Both the position numbers and the translations under genes were made by a program. Shown here piece by piece: positions 12,495 through 25,200 of a stretch of 64,000 nucleotides of DNA (positions are counted from its first letter, which is position 1; each line of letters begins with the position of its first letter). Under the pieces are notes generated by a model that saw nothing but the letters and a program-made list of their open reading frames with translations, had not been told where the DNA came from and searched no databases. This DNA comes from Vitrella brassicaformis CCMP3155 (Eukaryota; Protista; Chromerida). The DNA lies in NCBI GenBank assembly GCA_001179505.1, contig CDMY01000314.1:1-64000 (forward strand). The letters run 5' to 3'.

Positions 12495-15400
12495 TCAAAT
12501 CGACCGAGCTCTTTTTCTAGACGGGCTAGCACGAGGCAGCGGGTATTTCTCTCTTGTTGCGCGACTCAACTTTGTCAGCCGCTCAATCTCGATCTTGAGA
12601 GTGGTCGGAAATTTCTTCTTCAAGTCTTGCCTCGAGTATTGCCGGAGAATCCCCAAGCCGTCCCCATCGGTCACCCGTGAGAACGCCACAAGCTGGCCGG
12701 GACGAATGTTTGTGTTGCTGACCCATGCGGCTGGCCTCAGATCGATAATCAGGCGCTCTTTCGTTGTGGACTGCAGCTTCCAGAAGGTCAATGCGCTGGC
12801 GCTGATTATCGGCAGCTGCGTTCGTCGGACGTTATATTTGTGCTTCGGAATTAGCTTCTCCTCGTCTGGTGACGCGGGGATTCGCGAGGGCATCTCGATA
12901 GTGAAGGTGTCGGTGTGAAGAAAGACCGGCGTGAGAGGCTTTCCGGACGGCGAAAACGGCACGCCATCGATAGGAGCGTGGTCCGCCTTCTCCACGTCCA
13001 TGAAGACGCACAGCGGTAGCTCGGTCGCGACAATGATGTCGACCGGCCGATCGGACACTGTTGCTGTGTGCTTGGAGAAGAACGCGGAGGGGCTGAAAGC
13101 GGCCGAGTGGAAGGTCGCCTGGCTTCCATTGTTGATGTGCAGCTCTGTCGCATCATTGCAGGTGAGCAAGTACTGCTGATCCCGGATGAGGGCCAAAACC
13201 TACGGCATGTTGCCGGTCTTGATCTCAGAAATCATGGACAGGTGCCTGTGGAGCTCGCGAGACGGCCGTTTCTTCTGGCTGCGTTCAGTGATGTCCATAT
13301 CGTCGGCCACGCACAAAAAAATCGGCTTCTGTTCTTTGTCGGCGGCACAGAGGGCATTCATCATCACTAGAGGGATCCGCAGCTCGGCCTCCCATACGCC
13401 AATGGGTGCGGTCTGCCATTTGGGGTCGGTCATGTCAATGGCGCTTCCAGTCCCGCCAATAACGCGTGTCTCCAGCCATCGATAGTCCTCTTCAGTGAGC
13501 TTCTCATTGCGGAACCGCTCGAAGAACGCCTGATACCTGCGGCCGCTCTCCGTCTGCTTGAATCGCATCCCATCCTCGAGAAGCACGACGGTATCGAAGA
13601 GGGTCTTGTACAGCCGCACACCTGCAAGACATCACCATGTCTCATCTGTCCCTGCTCTGTTCAATGCAGTGCTTTGTACCCTCGGAAGGCTTCATCGTCT
13701 TTGCATACAGCGCTGTCCCACCGATGGGCCCAAACTGTTTGACGTCTCCAGATAAGAGGATGCTCATGTTCTCGAACGGAGGCTGGTGCTCGGCATGCGG
13801 ATCTTCGGTGGCCCGCAGCTCATGCAGGCGAGCGTTCATCTTTTCGAACAAGCTGGCGTACAGCGTCGAGTACTCGTCCACCAACAGATACCACGTTTGC
13901 TGCCACAGGACCTGAAATGACAGCTCCTTCCGCATGTCGTCAGTAGTGGCACTCCCTCGACCGCGGCGGCGGTGCTCCTGCCTGTTTCTGGGCTTGTACA
14001 CCTCTATTTGGAGGGCCGAGTGTAGGGTCGAGCCTGAGATAGTAGAGGCAGCCACACCTGAGACAGGCAATCCGCACAAAGCGCAGCGCAGATACGCAGC
14101 CCAGGTGGGACAAATCAAACCAACAGCAAATGGAAATCAGTTCATCGTACCGGTCATCGCAGTCTTTCGAAACCAGAACGGCCGACCAATACCAGCGAAA
14201 TACAGGGCCAGCGCCTGCACTACCCACAATTTGCCGCATCCGGGGCCGCCCGCAACAACCATGTTGAGTGGCGACACAGCAGCAAAGTCCCCGCAGTCCA
14301 AGGCGGCAAAGTTGTCATTCACGTGCTTGGCGACGATACGGACGACCCGCTCTTGTTCGGAATTGAGCGTGAACTTCTCGATAGCCAACTTCGCTACTCT
14401 CACGCGGTCGCCATCCGTCATGGCTTCAAACTGCATCGATTGAAGCCACCGTGTATAGTCTAGCGCGCCCGCTGCACTGCTGTCGCTCGCCTCACACATC
14501 GCCAGCAGCTCGGCGTCCGACATTCCCTGGATGCTCCGTCGTTGAGGTATGCCACCGGTATCGCGCGCTGCGTGTACTGTGGTTGGCGTGCCATCATCGA
14601 CATCCATCTCTTCCGCGCCCTCTCCCAGCCCGGCCGCGGCGATGTCCGGCTGACCGCTCCTTCGTCGCTGCAGCATTGCAAAGAGGGTCTTCTGCATAGC
14701 CTTCACTGCTGCCAGGCCCTGGTTTCTCGCGACAATATCAGTCACTCCGGGATCTTGCAAAGAGACATATGCATGTATATCTCAGGCCTTTCTTTACATT
14801 AGTTCTGACTTGAGATGGCATATTGAGCGTGGCAGATGTGGACGGCTTATCGATGTGAACATTCAGCTGTGGCGTAGTCAGGCCGAAACGCTTGCAGACG
14901 GCGTCCATGCCCTCTCTCATGTGTTTCTGGCGGTCGGCGAGGAAGCGCTCAGGGACCGACAGACTGTAGTTAACACCCGCTATGCGATCCAGCTTCTTAA
15001 ACAGCTCCACATCCGACGACCTTGCAGGGCTCGTCAGCTTGTCCACCATCACCTGCGCCTCCTTTAGCAGCGCCTGGCGAGCGTCATCCTCCTCGCGAAG
15101 TGCCTCGTCCATCTGGTCCAGCAAGTCTCGCGCGTCGAACGTGGCATTCTGTTCCTCCTGCTCACTTCGAAACGCCTTGTCGATCTTCGCGTCGGCCTGC
15201 GTGCGATGAGCGCCCTCAATGTTGTCAATCAGTTCGACTGTCCAACGCGCCACGGGGTCGTCGATGGATGTGTCTGCCGCTCGCTGTCGATGCCACGTTT
15301 CGAACTCGTCCAGCGCGTCCTGCCACGTTCGACACAAGCCTTTCAGCTGCTTCACTAAATTGAAGCCGGTCCGATTGGGTCTCTCGGTGCACGCCGCATC

Positions 15401-18400
15401 CACCGAAACAATGGATCGCGGTGAGTGCCCTTCAGAGGGACACTTTGAGTCAGGTGAGACATCACCGTGGATCGGCAGCTGCGACTCCGCCTCAACATAT
15501 ACAGCACTACAGCTGGCGTCCACGTCCTGCAGCAGCTGATTCAGGTCCAGGTCGAGCTGACAGGGCCGCTCCTGAAAGCTGCTGCCTACAAAGGGCTTGA
15601 GCAGAAGCAACAGCTTTGTAGCGCGGTCCTTGATGGCCCCCGGCTGCTTTAAGTAGCGGCTCGGAATGGCCATACTCAAAAGGGGCACAGCCGATTTGTC
15701 CACATCCCTCTAAATACACACATACAAATACGGAGACACGGGTTTTTGGGGCAAATTTTAGTGATTCATCCACCCACCCACACCTGTCGCAGCTGGCACT
15801 TAGTGTGCAGTGGGTGTTGCGCTGTAAAGTAGAAGGCCCTGTCTTTTTCAGCCAGCAACTCAGCGGCATCGGCAGCGTGAGTGTAAGCCGACAAGCGGCG
15901 CACCTCGCTCGCCTCTGTGCTCTTGTATATGCGTTCGAACAGCTCGTGAAACAGTCAGACGGGGACCCGTGTATTAGCAGCTTCACCGAGTCGCCTTCTC
16001 TGGTACACATGACATCGGAAGGAACTCTGATCTCCACTCCCTCGGTCACTCGAAACAGATAGTCCTGCGCCTTACTAGACAGGACCGTCGACGCTTGTCC
16101 ATCGGCTTGGTGGACACGCATGAGCACCGTCTCATCGTTCTCCTCATCGTCGCTCACGTCGTCCTCTGTGAGACGCCCTTATCGCTCCTCGGCCGCCAAG
16201 AGCTTGAGGAAAGGGAGGGAGTGAAGGGGGTAGGTGGGGTGAGACATGTAGTAGTCTCCATCGTCTCCATAGCCCAGCAGATGCCACATGACCTGACACG
16301 CAGACATTTGGATGCGGGCGTTGAGGGAGTTGGTTATGCCGGTGATGAAAAGGCGATGCTGCTCGACGGCCTCCTCTGTATTTGCATAGCGCTCCAGGTA
16401 CTTCTTGCAGCCCACTGCGACGATCGACACCAAGTCGTGCAGCTTGATATCCATCTTGGAGCTGTAGTTGGTGAGCTGCAGGCAACACATATAGAGACAT
16501 GGCCCCAGGCAGAGAAAGTGAATAGCCCCAGAATCGGTCACTTACATAGTGCACCAATGCATACACCCGATCCGCAGTCAGGAGCAGGAACTTTATGTTG
16601 TTGTTCGACCGGATGGCGACCGTGACATGAAGAGAGTGGCCGGTCGTTCAGCGGTGGTGGCGACGAAAGCGAATGATGCCGCACTTGGTGATGGTGATAG
16701 TCATGTAGATCATCTTTTGCCATGCTCAGGCGGCACGGGATTAGGGTGCTCAGCTTGTTGGCCTCCTCCTTTAAATTGAGTGCCTCTCGACGAAGGGCGT
16801 CGTTGTTGGCCGTCTCGCCCTTCGCCAGGTCCCGCAGTCGACTGTTGTAGTCGCTCATGAGCCTCTTGGCTTTGCGCATCACCTGCTGCCACTTGAACTT
16901 GTTGCTCTTCTTGATGCACAACATGGTGTGCTTCTTGCAATGCAGCAGGCTGCGACATGCGACGGCCATAAACCGGCGGCTGAATTGGAGATTGAGGTAC
17001 TCGCTGTCTTTGCTGTCGGCCAAAAAGATGCGCCCAATGAATGTGGCCGGATCCACATACTCTTTGGACTGCTCGACGTCCAGCCACGGGTCAACATTCA
17101 TAGTGCTGTTGTCGCTGGTCTCGTGACCGGGGTAGTACAGCTTGGTGACCAGCTGTTTTTTCTGTGTCGTTGTCAGGGGTTCGAAGAGCCGTTTGGGGTC
17201 CGGATCGCTGAGGAAAGCGTCCTTCGCCTCGGCAGCCTTGGGAGCTACCTTTGGAAAGCCAAACAAGTCCTCAGCGTCTCTCGCACCTGCGTCGTCCTCC
17301 TCCATCACCTGCTCGTCATCGGCCGGCCCCACAAACTCGTCCATGGTCTCAAACGGGGCGAACGATGCGACGCATGAGCTCGCACTACCACAGGATTTTA
17401 CGCTGAGGGGCTCTCCCTCATCGTCCGACTCCAACTGAGGGGCCCAGAATTCATCGTCGCCCTCCACAGACACATCATCATCCACGCTTCGCATGTCCTC
17501 TTCCACGTGCAGAGACGGCACAGGGGCATTCTTGGCAACGTCGAGGAGACGCTCGACGTCCTCAAAGTGCATCTCAGAGCCGAGCGAGACGCGCCCGTAC
17601 CACGGCGACTTCACGTCCAGCACGGCATGCTGCTCGGGCGTCAGCTTTGCATGAAGCTCGAACTCATGCACGTCCTCGTGAATAGTGAAATCCAGCCACT
17701 ACTCCAGCTCGTGACAGAACTGTCGGTCAGTCATCTTCTTTCGTAGCTCCCGTGGAGAGGGCGCCCCCTTCAGGAAGTCCAGGTGGTGAAAGTGGAGGAT
17801 TCTACGCCCCTAGCTCTCTGAAGGGCCGATCGACGCCTTGCATTTGCCGCTGACACCAGGCCGAGGGTCTAAAGGGCGTCGCAATAGACATGCAAGGAAT
17901 GCCCGCACGCAGATGTTGAACATCTCTGCAGCCACCGCGGGGTTGCGGGCCGCCATCTGGCGGCAGCGCTGGATGTGCTTGTTAAGAGGTGGACATTCGT
18001 TCAAGTCAAACACCTACTCCTTGCTGAGCACGCCCAACTGCCAGAGAAGCGTGCTCTTGAGGTCGTAGAAGTTTTGAGTCGAGAACAGTACCAGCACGTC
18101 GAACTCTACAATGTAAGACAGGATCTGCCTGCGGGCGTACTCTTTAGTGCCGGGAGAGCCCGGGACCCCACGCGAGACCGTCTTTACTTATCAGGACAAC
18201 CACACAGAATACAAACAGTTCTCAGGTGAATCCTGAGTTTTTCTTTTTAACTTCTCACGTCGGCCATCCACGCCTGAAAGTCCGCGTCTTTCAAAGCGTA
18301 GGGCAGATTGATCGTCGCCAATTGCTGTGCTCGCTCCATCCATTTCTCGAGACTGGCAGGATGGATGTGCGAAAGCAGGCCATGCCGTGCCGGCTGCCGG

Positions 18401-21021
18401 ACACGCAGCGAGGCCGCTCGATTTATTTCCTGGCGCTGGAGCATGTTGAAGACCAGAAACTTAAACACTTTATGCTCGCGCACGTTAGGCTTCCACTGCT
18501 GCAGCAGCTACTTGACATGCTCCTTGAGAGACACGCGCTGGCTGCCTCTACAATGCCCCCCTCCCGGCGCACCCCGGTCGAACGGAAAGAAGTCGGGAAA
18601 GCAGTCGACAAAGAAGTCGGGGTTCTTGTACTCGATGAGGAGGCCGTCGATATGGTAGTTAGCAGGAATGAACAGATTTCTCTTTCTTCCTATATCCACA
18701 CACATGGCGATACTGTGTAGCAATCAAACTGCCAAGTTTTTATTGTTCTCTCTCTATGCGCATTCACACATAGCGATGTCGCCGTGAACTCATCGCGCCG
18801 TGCCGTTCCTGAGGCTGCTGGCTGCCCATCACTGACGGTGCTCAGCGTGTCGTCCATTGAGTAGCGATCGCCGTCCTCTTCTCGCTCTTGACGTCCCCCA
18901 AACCGTGTGAAGTGCTGCATAGCGCGGCGAGCCCGCTCCGATAGCGGGAGGTCGTCGTTTTTATTAGAGATCATCCCAGAGGTCGTCATACAGACCTCCT
19001 CGCGATTGTCCATCGACACATCGTAGATGTCTCTGTGTCGCCGATTGATGGTGTCGTCCTGCTTGAGGTTCTCTTCGAAGAGGTCCGACTCCTTCGCAAA
19101 CTCCAACCACGGCCTGGGCACCTTTTTATATGAGGCCGCATCCCTACCAAACGCCGCCGGCTGTGGCAGCTTGATCACGTGCTTGGGGTCGAGCCATACC
19201 TCGTCCTCAGCATACCGATAGCAATTCCTTTACAGGAACTCCATCAGCGGCGTTATCTTGCTGCCGTCAACACCCAGCATGTGCCGGGCGTGTCTTTTGA
19301 TGAAGTTGAAGTCCGCCTTCTCGTTCGGGCGTATATAGACAATACACATATACCGACTCATCTGATCAACGTCGCGAGGCAAGATTCTCTGAATCTCGTG
19401 GTGCAGCCGATCGATGTCCTGTGGGACGACAAATACAGTCCCAAACACTGCCAACTAGCGGTCTGCATCCGAGACGACGCCAGTACCGTCCCCCGCCGGG
19501 TACAGCTTGTAGATGCAGTGAAAGGGGATAGCCTTTGATACCAGTAACAGCTCACCCTCGGTCCGCTCGGTCACGATCTTGACCTCTTTGCAGTCCATCG
19601 GGCCACGCCATAGACCGTTAGCCAAACTGAGCCGCGGGCACGTCTTCACTGTGGGCCGCGTTAGGTGGCGCATGCACTCGATGCAGATGGTGACCATCTC
19701 GTCCTCCCACCGGATGGCGGCCAGTTGCAGTGGCGCTCCATCGAACTTGGCCATCACCGGGTGCTCGGGATACCGTTCGGAGTAGGTGAGCGCCTTCACA
19801 CAGAGCGCGTCTCGGAGATTTGCAGGGTCGGGGCGGTCCTCGTCGCGGAACTGCAGGAGGTGCGCAAAGTTGGCGAGCGCATGCAAATCGATGCGCCTGA
19901 CTTTGTCGGAAGAAATATCGTTCAGCGTATCCAATATGAACTGGGCTCGATCACGACGCTCCTTCTCACGCTGTGCAGCCACAATGTCTTTCAGCCTGAA
20001 GCGCTTATATCGCTGCCACTGCTGCTCGACCTCGCCTATGCACTGGCGCAGATCCGATTCGCCCAAGGATTTGCCCCTCTCGCTGAAGGTGCAGCGAAAG
20101 GCGCGACCGCACACCACACACGGGTGCTTGACGTGGCGGTAGTGGGCGGTGACTTCAGCGTACTGGTTGACACATCTACACAGCACCACCACACGAAAAG
20201 CGACACAATCTTCTTCTTTCGCACCATACCACAGTTCCTCATTGATTGAATACTCACATGCAGGCGTTGTCATGGGTGTACACCCATGGCGGGAACTGAG
20301 CATCTTCATCGCTCTGTGCCGCCTGCACAGTGTCGCGACTTCGCGCGGAGGGCTCAGAGGGAGAGAGCCCGAGTGTAGTAGCTCCCCACACCTCACCATC
20401 TTGCACCCCCTTCCCGACCTCCGGTTCCAGCCCTGCATCCCAGAATACGCCCTTGTCCCACAGAAAAGACCCCCATGGGAAGCGGTCGATGAACTCTTGA
20501 GACACCCTGTTGTTCTCCTTTATCTGCGCCAATCGCTTAATGACCCCTTCCATACACTCCCGCCTCTTGGCCTGTGTCGCGGTCTCGTGCTGCTTCACCC
20601 ACCCTTTTTTCCGCGCCTCGGACTGCTTCTGTTGTGGCTCCTCTCGTGTAAACCCTCTCTCCTGAGCGTCGCTCCGCCGAGTCTCCCACCCTGCCTTGGC
20701 AGCGGCGGAGCGGCGGGCCCGCTGCTTTCGCTGCTCCGCTTCAGTCAGAGTCACGTGTTGCGCGTTGTTCCGCCGGGTCTCCCATGCTGCCTTGGCAGCG
20801 GCGAGGCGGCGGACCCGCAGCTCATCCTCAGTGACTCCCGCCTGTTGCGCGTTCGCTTGCCGAGTCTTCCAGCCACGCCGTCCTTCCCCGCTGATTGCCG
20901 CCTGTCCTATCTCCTGGCGCCGGCGCTCATGTGCGGCTGCATTCGAAGCCGAGCGAGTCGCACTCTTCCTCCGCTTCCTGGCCCGGTCGGCAGGCAGGCT
21001 GACCGACCGCTCAGTTCGCAT
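12495..21021 (-). pseudogene. RepHel gene of Helitron B (basic repeats - DUF6570-like - Helitron_like_N - HUH Rep - PIF1), inactivated
   Basis: PRLSLANGLWRGP (DUF6570-like); HKVFKFLVFNMLQR; AARNPAVAAEMF; HUH ES*GRRILHFH; ALVHYV|TNYSSK; QMSACQVMWHLLGYGD. PIF1 motifs GGPGCGKL, AMT|GVAASTISGSTLHSAL, LLVDEYS, SGDVKQF, RRTQLPI, VAFSRV. About 10 in-frame stops and at least 2 frameshifts. Confidence 0.92.
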
Positions 21022-21269
21022 AGCTCTCTCGCCTAAAAGATATGCAATCAAATGCTCTCAAATTACGCGAAAACGAAAGAGATCCGAAAACGAAAGAGTT
21101 TCCGCGGTATTAGGGCATTTAATCCGTGAAACACTGATTTGGGCCAGTAGTGATTTGGGGCCACTACCGGCCTTGAATGAGAAAGAGAACAGTGGTGGAT
21201 CCTCTCATTCCTGCATGATGACATACACATCAATATATGTCAGCACCTCCATCCTGTGGGAGCCGCAGA

Positions 21270-21905
21270 CGACAACCGTATATCACCAAGAGACGCAGGA
21301 TTGTTTGTCAGGGCATCGCGTACTCATTGAGTGTGTGCCTACATCGAAGTGCACACATAATAAAGACACGCTGTTTAATATTATGACGGTCACACGAGGT
21401 CCCTGTATGTGCTGCAGTTGCCTGTGGCAGCCATAGTGACAACGGCGAATTACGGAGAGACGCAGGATTGTTTGTCAGGGCATCGCGTACCACTTGACTC
21501 TACGTTCACATCGAAGAGCACACATAAGAAGGACACGCTGTTTAATATTGTGACGGTCACACGATGTCCCTCTATGTGCTGCAGTTGCCTGTGGCAGCCA
21601 TAGTGACAACAGCGAATTACGCAGAGACGCAGTATTGTTTGTCAGGGCATCGCGTACCAGTTGACTGTACGTTCGCATCGAAGTACACACATAATAAGGA
21701 CACGCTGTTTAATATTATGACGGTCACACGAGGCCCTGTATGGACTGCAGTTGCCTATGAAAGCCATAGTGATAACGGCGAATTGCGCAGAGACGCAGGA
21801 TTGTTTGTCTGAGCAACGCGAACCAGTCGATTGTATCTTCACATCAGCACCTTGGAAAATTAGGACAGGCTGTTCACTACGACTACCATCACACGAGGCC
21901 GCCGC
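21270..21905. repeat. 167-bp tandem satellite (~4 units) in the 5' region of Helitron B
   Basis: GACGCAG anchor at 21292, 21459, 21626 and 21792 (periods 167, 167, 166). The fourth unit is diverged. Confidence 0.95.
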
Positions 21906-22282
21906 ATGGGCCGTGGGTGGCTCGTGAAACCTATAGTGACAACCGTAAATAATCACGAATAGGGCCGGTAGCAAATCGTTTTGCGAGGCGAACTCGCTTT
22001 GAGGCCCGGAAATGAGAGAGAGAACAGTGCTGAACCTTTAATATATGCATGATGATACATACTCATCAACAGTTGTCGGCACCGAAAGTGGTTCCCACAT
22101 AACCACCATATATTGCATGATCAGCTAAGGCGACCAGCCCTACAGCCAGCTGCCAGGCTTATAACCTGGGAATAGCCTAGGCTGGCAGCTGCACAAAGCA
22201 ACACAACAAGTATGTGTGTGCGCCTGCTCTCTGCTGTGTGGAGTGTGTTGTGTGTGTGGGTATATATCTATCAACGGCTTAC

Positions 22283-25200
22283 CGGACCCACTCTTTGATC
22301 ACCTCGCCGGCCACTCCGCTCTCCCGCATATACCGAATAATGTACTTCAGGACGCGGTTCCAGCACCGCAGCAGCATCGGCATGTACGACTGGATGGCGT
22401 CCTCGTCTTGGTTGCCCGCATCGTCAGTGAACCGCTCGAGAATCCTGTTGTACAGCACCGCAAAGCCTGATCGACACAGATAAACGCCTTCGTCCATTCA
22501 AACAACTACCCATCCACGCATCCATCCATTCATACCCCCAATCCCAGCGTACCGAACTGCCGCCGCATGTTGAGGGTGACCGTGTAGAAGTAGGTGGGCA
22601 GCTCTTTGCCGGTCACCAGGTCGTTCAGGAGCTCCTCACTGGAGATGCGCTCGTTGGTCACCCCACTCTCCACCTCCGTCCACGCCGACAGCTCCCGGAC
22701 GCGCCTTCGCGCCTCGCTCGCATCCATGGGCAGCGCCGTCTCGATGACTTCCCTAGTGCTGTCCTGCCGCTGCTTCATGTACTCGGTCCCTCGGTCCAGT
22801 ACGAGCGCCGAGTGTGTATGGCTGAGCTCCATGTTGATGTAGATGTTGTACATGAACCCAATATAGTTCTCGTTGGCTGCGGTTCGGAGGCAATGGTCGC
22901 GGATGCGCAGCTTGAAATGCTTCATTGCAGAGGCGATCCTGCGCTTGCCATTCTACGATGGGGAAGAGAGCATGGATGCGGGAAGGGCGCCGATGGAAGT
23001 GTGGTCCCTCTTGTCCACAAAAAAGAATGTCGGGGAACATGTCGGCCTCCGGGTGAGTGAGGCATGCACCGCGCGTCGAGTCCTTGGCCGTGAAGCTCTG
23101 CAAAAACCGCTGTGCCGACAGCTTTATCTTGCTGTCACCCTTCTTGAGACGCCGCAAAAGTCGAAAGCACGGATTGAACAGAAGGTGCGCCCAGATCCGG
23201 TCGCCATGTGGGCTGATGCTGTACAGAGGGAGCTGGCTGCTGTCCACGTCGAGAAGCCGGTCATCGGTCGCGTCCTCCGTGCCGAAGTCTGCGGGCCCCA
23301 CGTCCGTCACCGCATCGGCAACCACCTGCTCCCACGCGGCATGCTCCGCCCGGTCCGCAGCGTCCTGTGGGTCGACAGGCTCCTCATCCAACGCACAGTT
23401 CCTCAGACACTCACTGATGATGTCCCACTCTACCTCGGCATGCCAAGTGTCTTCCTCTGGCGCGCCGTCCTGATGGCCGCCGCCACCGTCACCATCGACG
23501 TTCATGTCAACATCAGCAGCTGCACCGGTTGCCATACCAACGGCATTCTCACTCTCGCACTGTCTCTGCGATGCCCCGAGTCGATAGCACAGCAGCCGAT
23601 AGCCGACGTCCTCCTCGCTCTCGGCCTCGCCGACCTCCCTGCTGACCTCGGCGAAATGTTTAGCACACAGACCCACCGGACAGCTTCACCTAACACGGCT
23701 TCCCCAGTGTGTCTTGAATGGGCAACAGTAGCGGACCACCTTCGCCTGGCATGTTGCGGGGCGCAGCTCGACGCTGTCCAGACTCGCATCGAACGGTGGA
23801 TAGCAGCACCCCACGGACTCTTGCAGCAGTGAAAGCGGTGAGAGGACGGTCAGATAGTGGTTGTCGTGCTGGTGACACCTGACAATCGACTGGCCGCTCG
23901 TCAGCTCCCGGAGACGGACCTGAGCGTCCGTTCGAATGCTCGCAGCACGTCGCGCAAACATCATGCTTGTCCAGCTTGTCAGCACTCGCAATGCGCACGA
24001 CTCGACTGCCTCGTTGGCCCTCAGACTCCATGCCCGTTGCGGTGCATGTCCATCAGATGCGAACCACCAGCCAGGATGGTCCGCTCCCCACCGCATCAGC
24101 GCGCAGGTTTGGTAGCTGTCAGCAGCATAGCGACGCTGCTGTCGCGAAAGCTGCACCGACGACTCACGTGGGAGCACCGATGCGATGCACACCAGGTCAT
24201 ACGCCTCGTCGAACAGGTCGAACGATGTAGCGATCTTTTCCAACATACCTACACCATCACGCACATCCATACAATACACATCAGCCCTTCCATGCCAGAC
24301 CTCTGGTTTTTGTCACAGGCCTGAATACCTGGATCGACGCCGTCCTCGCTCGGTTGGCTGTTATTCATCAGAATCACCACCTCCGGATGCCTCGCAAAGA
24401 CACAGCGCGCAAAAGCAGCCGTCGACCAATCGAAGGCCGCCCGGTCAGCCTCCGACAGGGCCGCGACACCTTGACTAAACGTCATGGCATGCCGCACGCC
24501 CTCCAGCGCGATCCCCCCTCGCCGAGCAAGCAGCCACGGCACGGTCAACACGCCGTCCCACGGGTGCATCCCACAAACGGCGAAGAGCATGTTTGACGAG
24601 AAAGCAGGGCGCGTCGAGAGCCCAGCGAACCACGATGTGAAGTTCGTGTAAGTCGCCCTCGCCTGCCGGCCGCGCCCATGACTGCGCTCCGTCCTTGTAG
24701 CACGCCGCTCAATCACGCCCACCGCAAAGTTGGCCGCGTCGGTGAGCCACGCCCGCTCTGCGGCATGGACGTCCATAACCTCATCCCCGTCGCCAGGATT
24801 GGCCGCACCAGATCCCACAGGCTCGTGCACCACCTTCAAACGCTCCATCATCAATCGCCACAACACCGGTGACACCGTGACCATACGACCAAAGAGCCAC
24901 AGGTCCCCAAACTGGTGGTTGGCTGGGCACGGCACTGCTGGCACCGTCGCCCCGTGTACGGTCGTCGGGTGCACCATGCACAGAGGGCGAATGCCGATCG
25001 GCCGCTGCGTCGGCGCGTGACGGCCACGAGCACCTCCACCACCACCGTCAGCACCAGCATCCTCACCACCATCATCGTCACCATCATCTTCACCACCACC
25101 ACCATTCGCAGTAGCACCACCGTCGTTGCCATCATTTGCGTCGCCCGCATCGACTCCACTCCCACCACCAGCTGCATCCCGACCACTGTTGCGCTGTGCA

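Larger units (their letters stand above)
12081..22191 (-). mobile_element. Helitron-like element B (HLE2/Helentron-type), ~10.1 kb, nested in an intron of element A
   Basis: 5' end: GCTGCCAGC subterminal repeat within a 10-bp inverted repeat (22147-22156/22182-22191). 3' end: its inverse at 12116-12124, then a 9-bp stem-loop at 12091-12110. Flanked by CACAAAG at 12074-12080 and 22192-22198. Internal RepHel gene. Confidence 0.9.

Noticed and set aside
12495-21021. Ciliate-type genetic code (TAA/TAG = Gln) in Helitron B, suggested by eight in-frame TAR codons and a terminal TGA
   Set aside because: In-frame TGA and frameshifts also occur, CAA/CAG greatly outnumber TAR, and the introns look host-like. 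Mutational decay explains the pattern better.
21270-21905. CRISPR-like reading of the 167-bp and 121-bp arrays
   Set aside because: Whole units are homologous, with no short invariant repeat separated by unique spacers. The context is eukaryotic and no cas genes are present.
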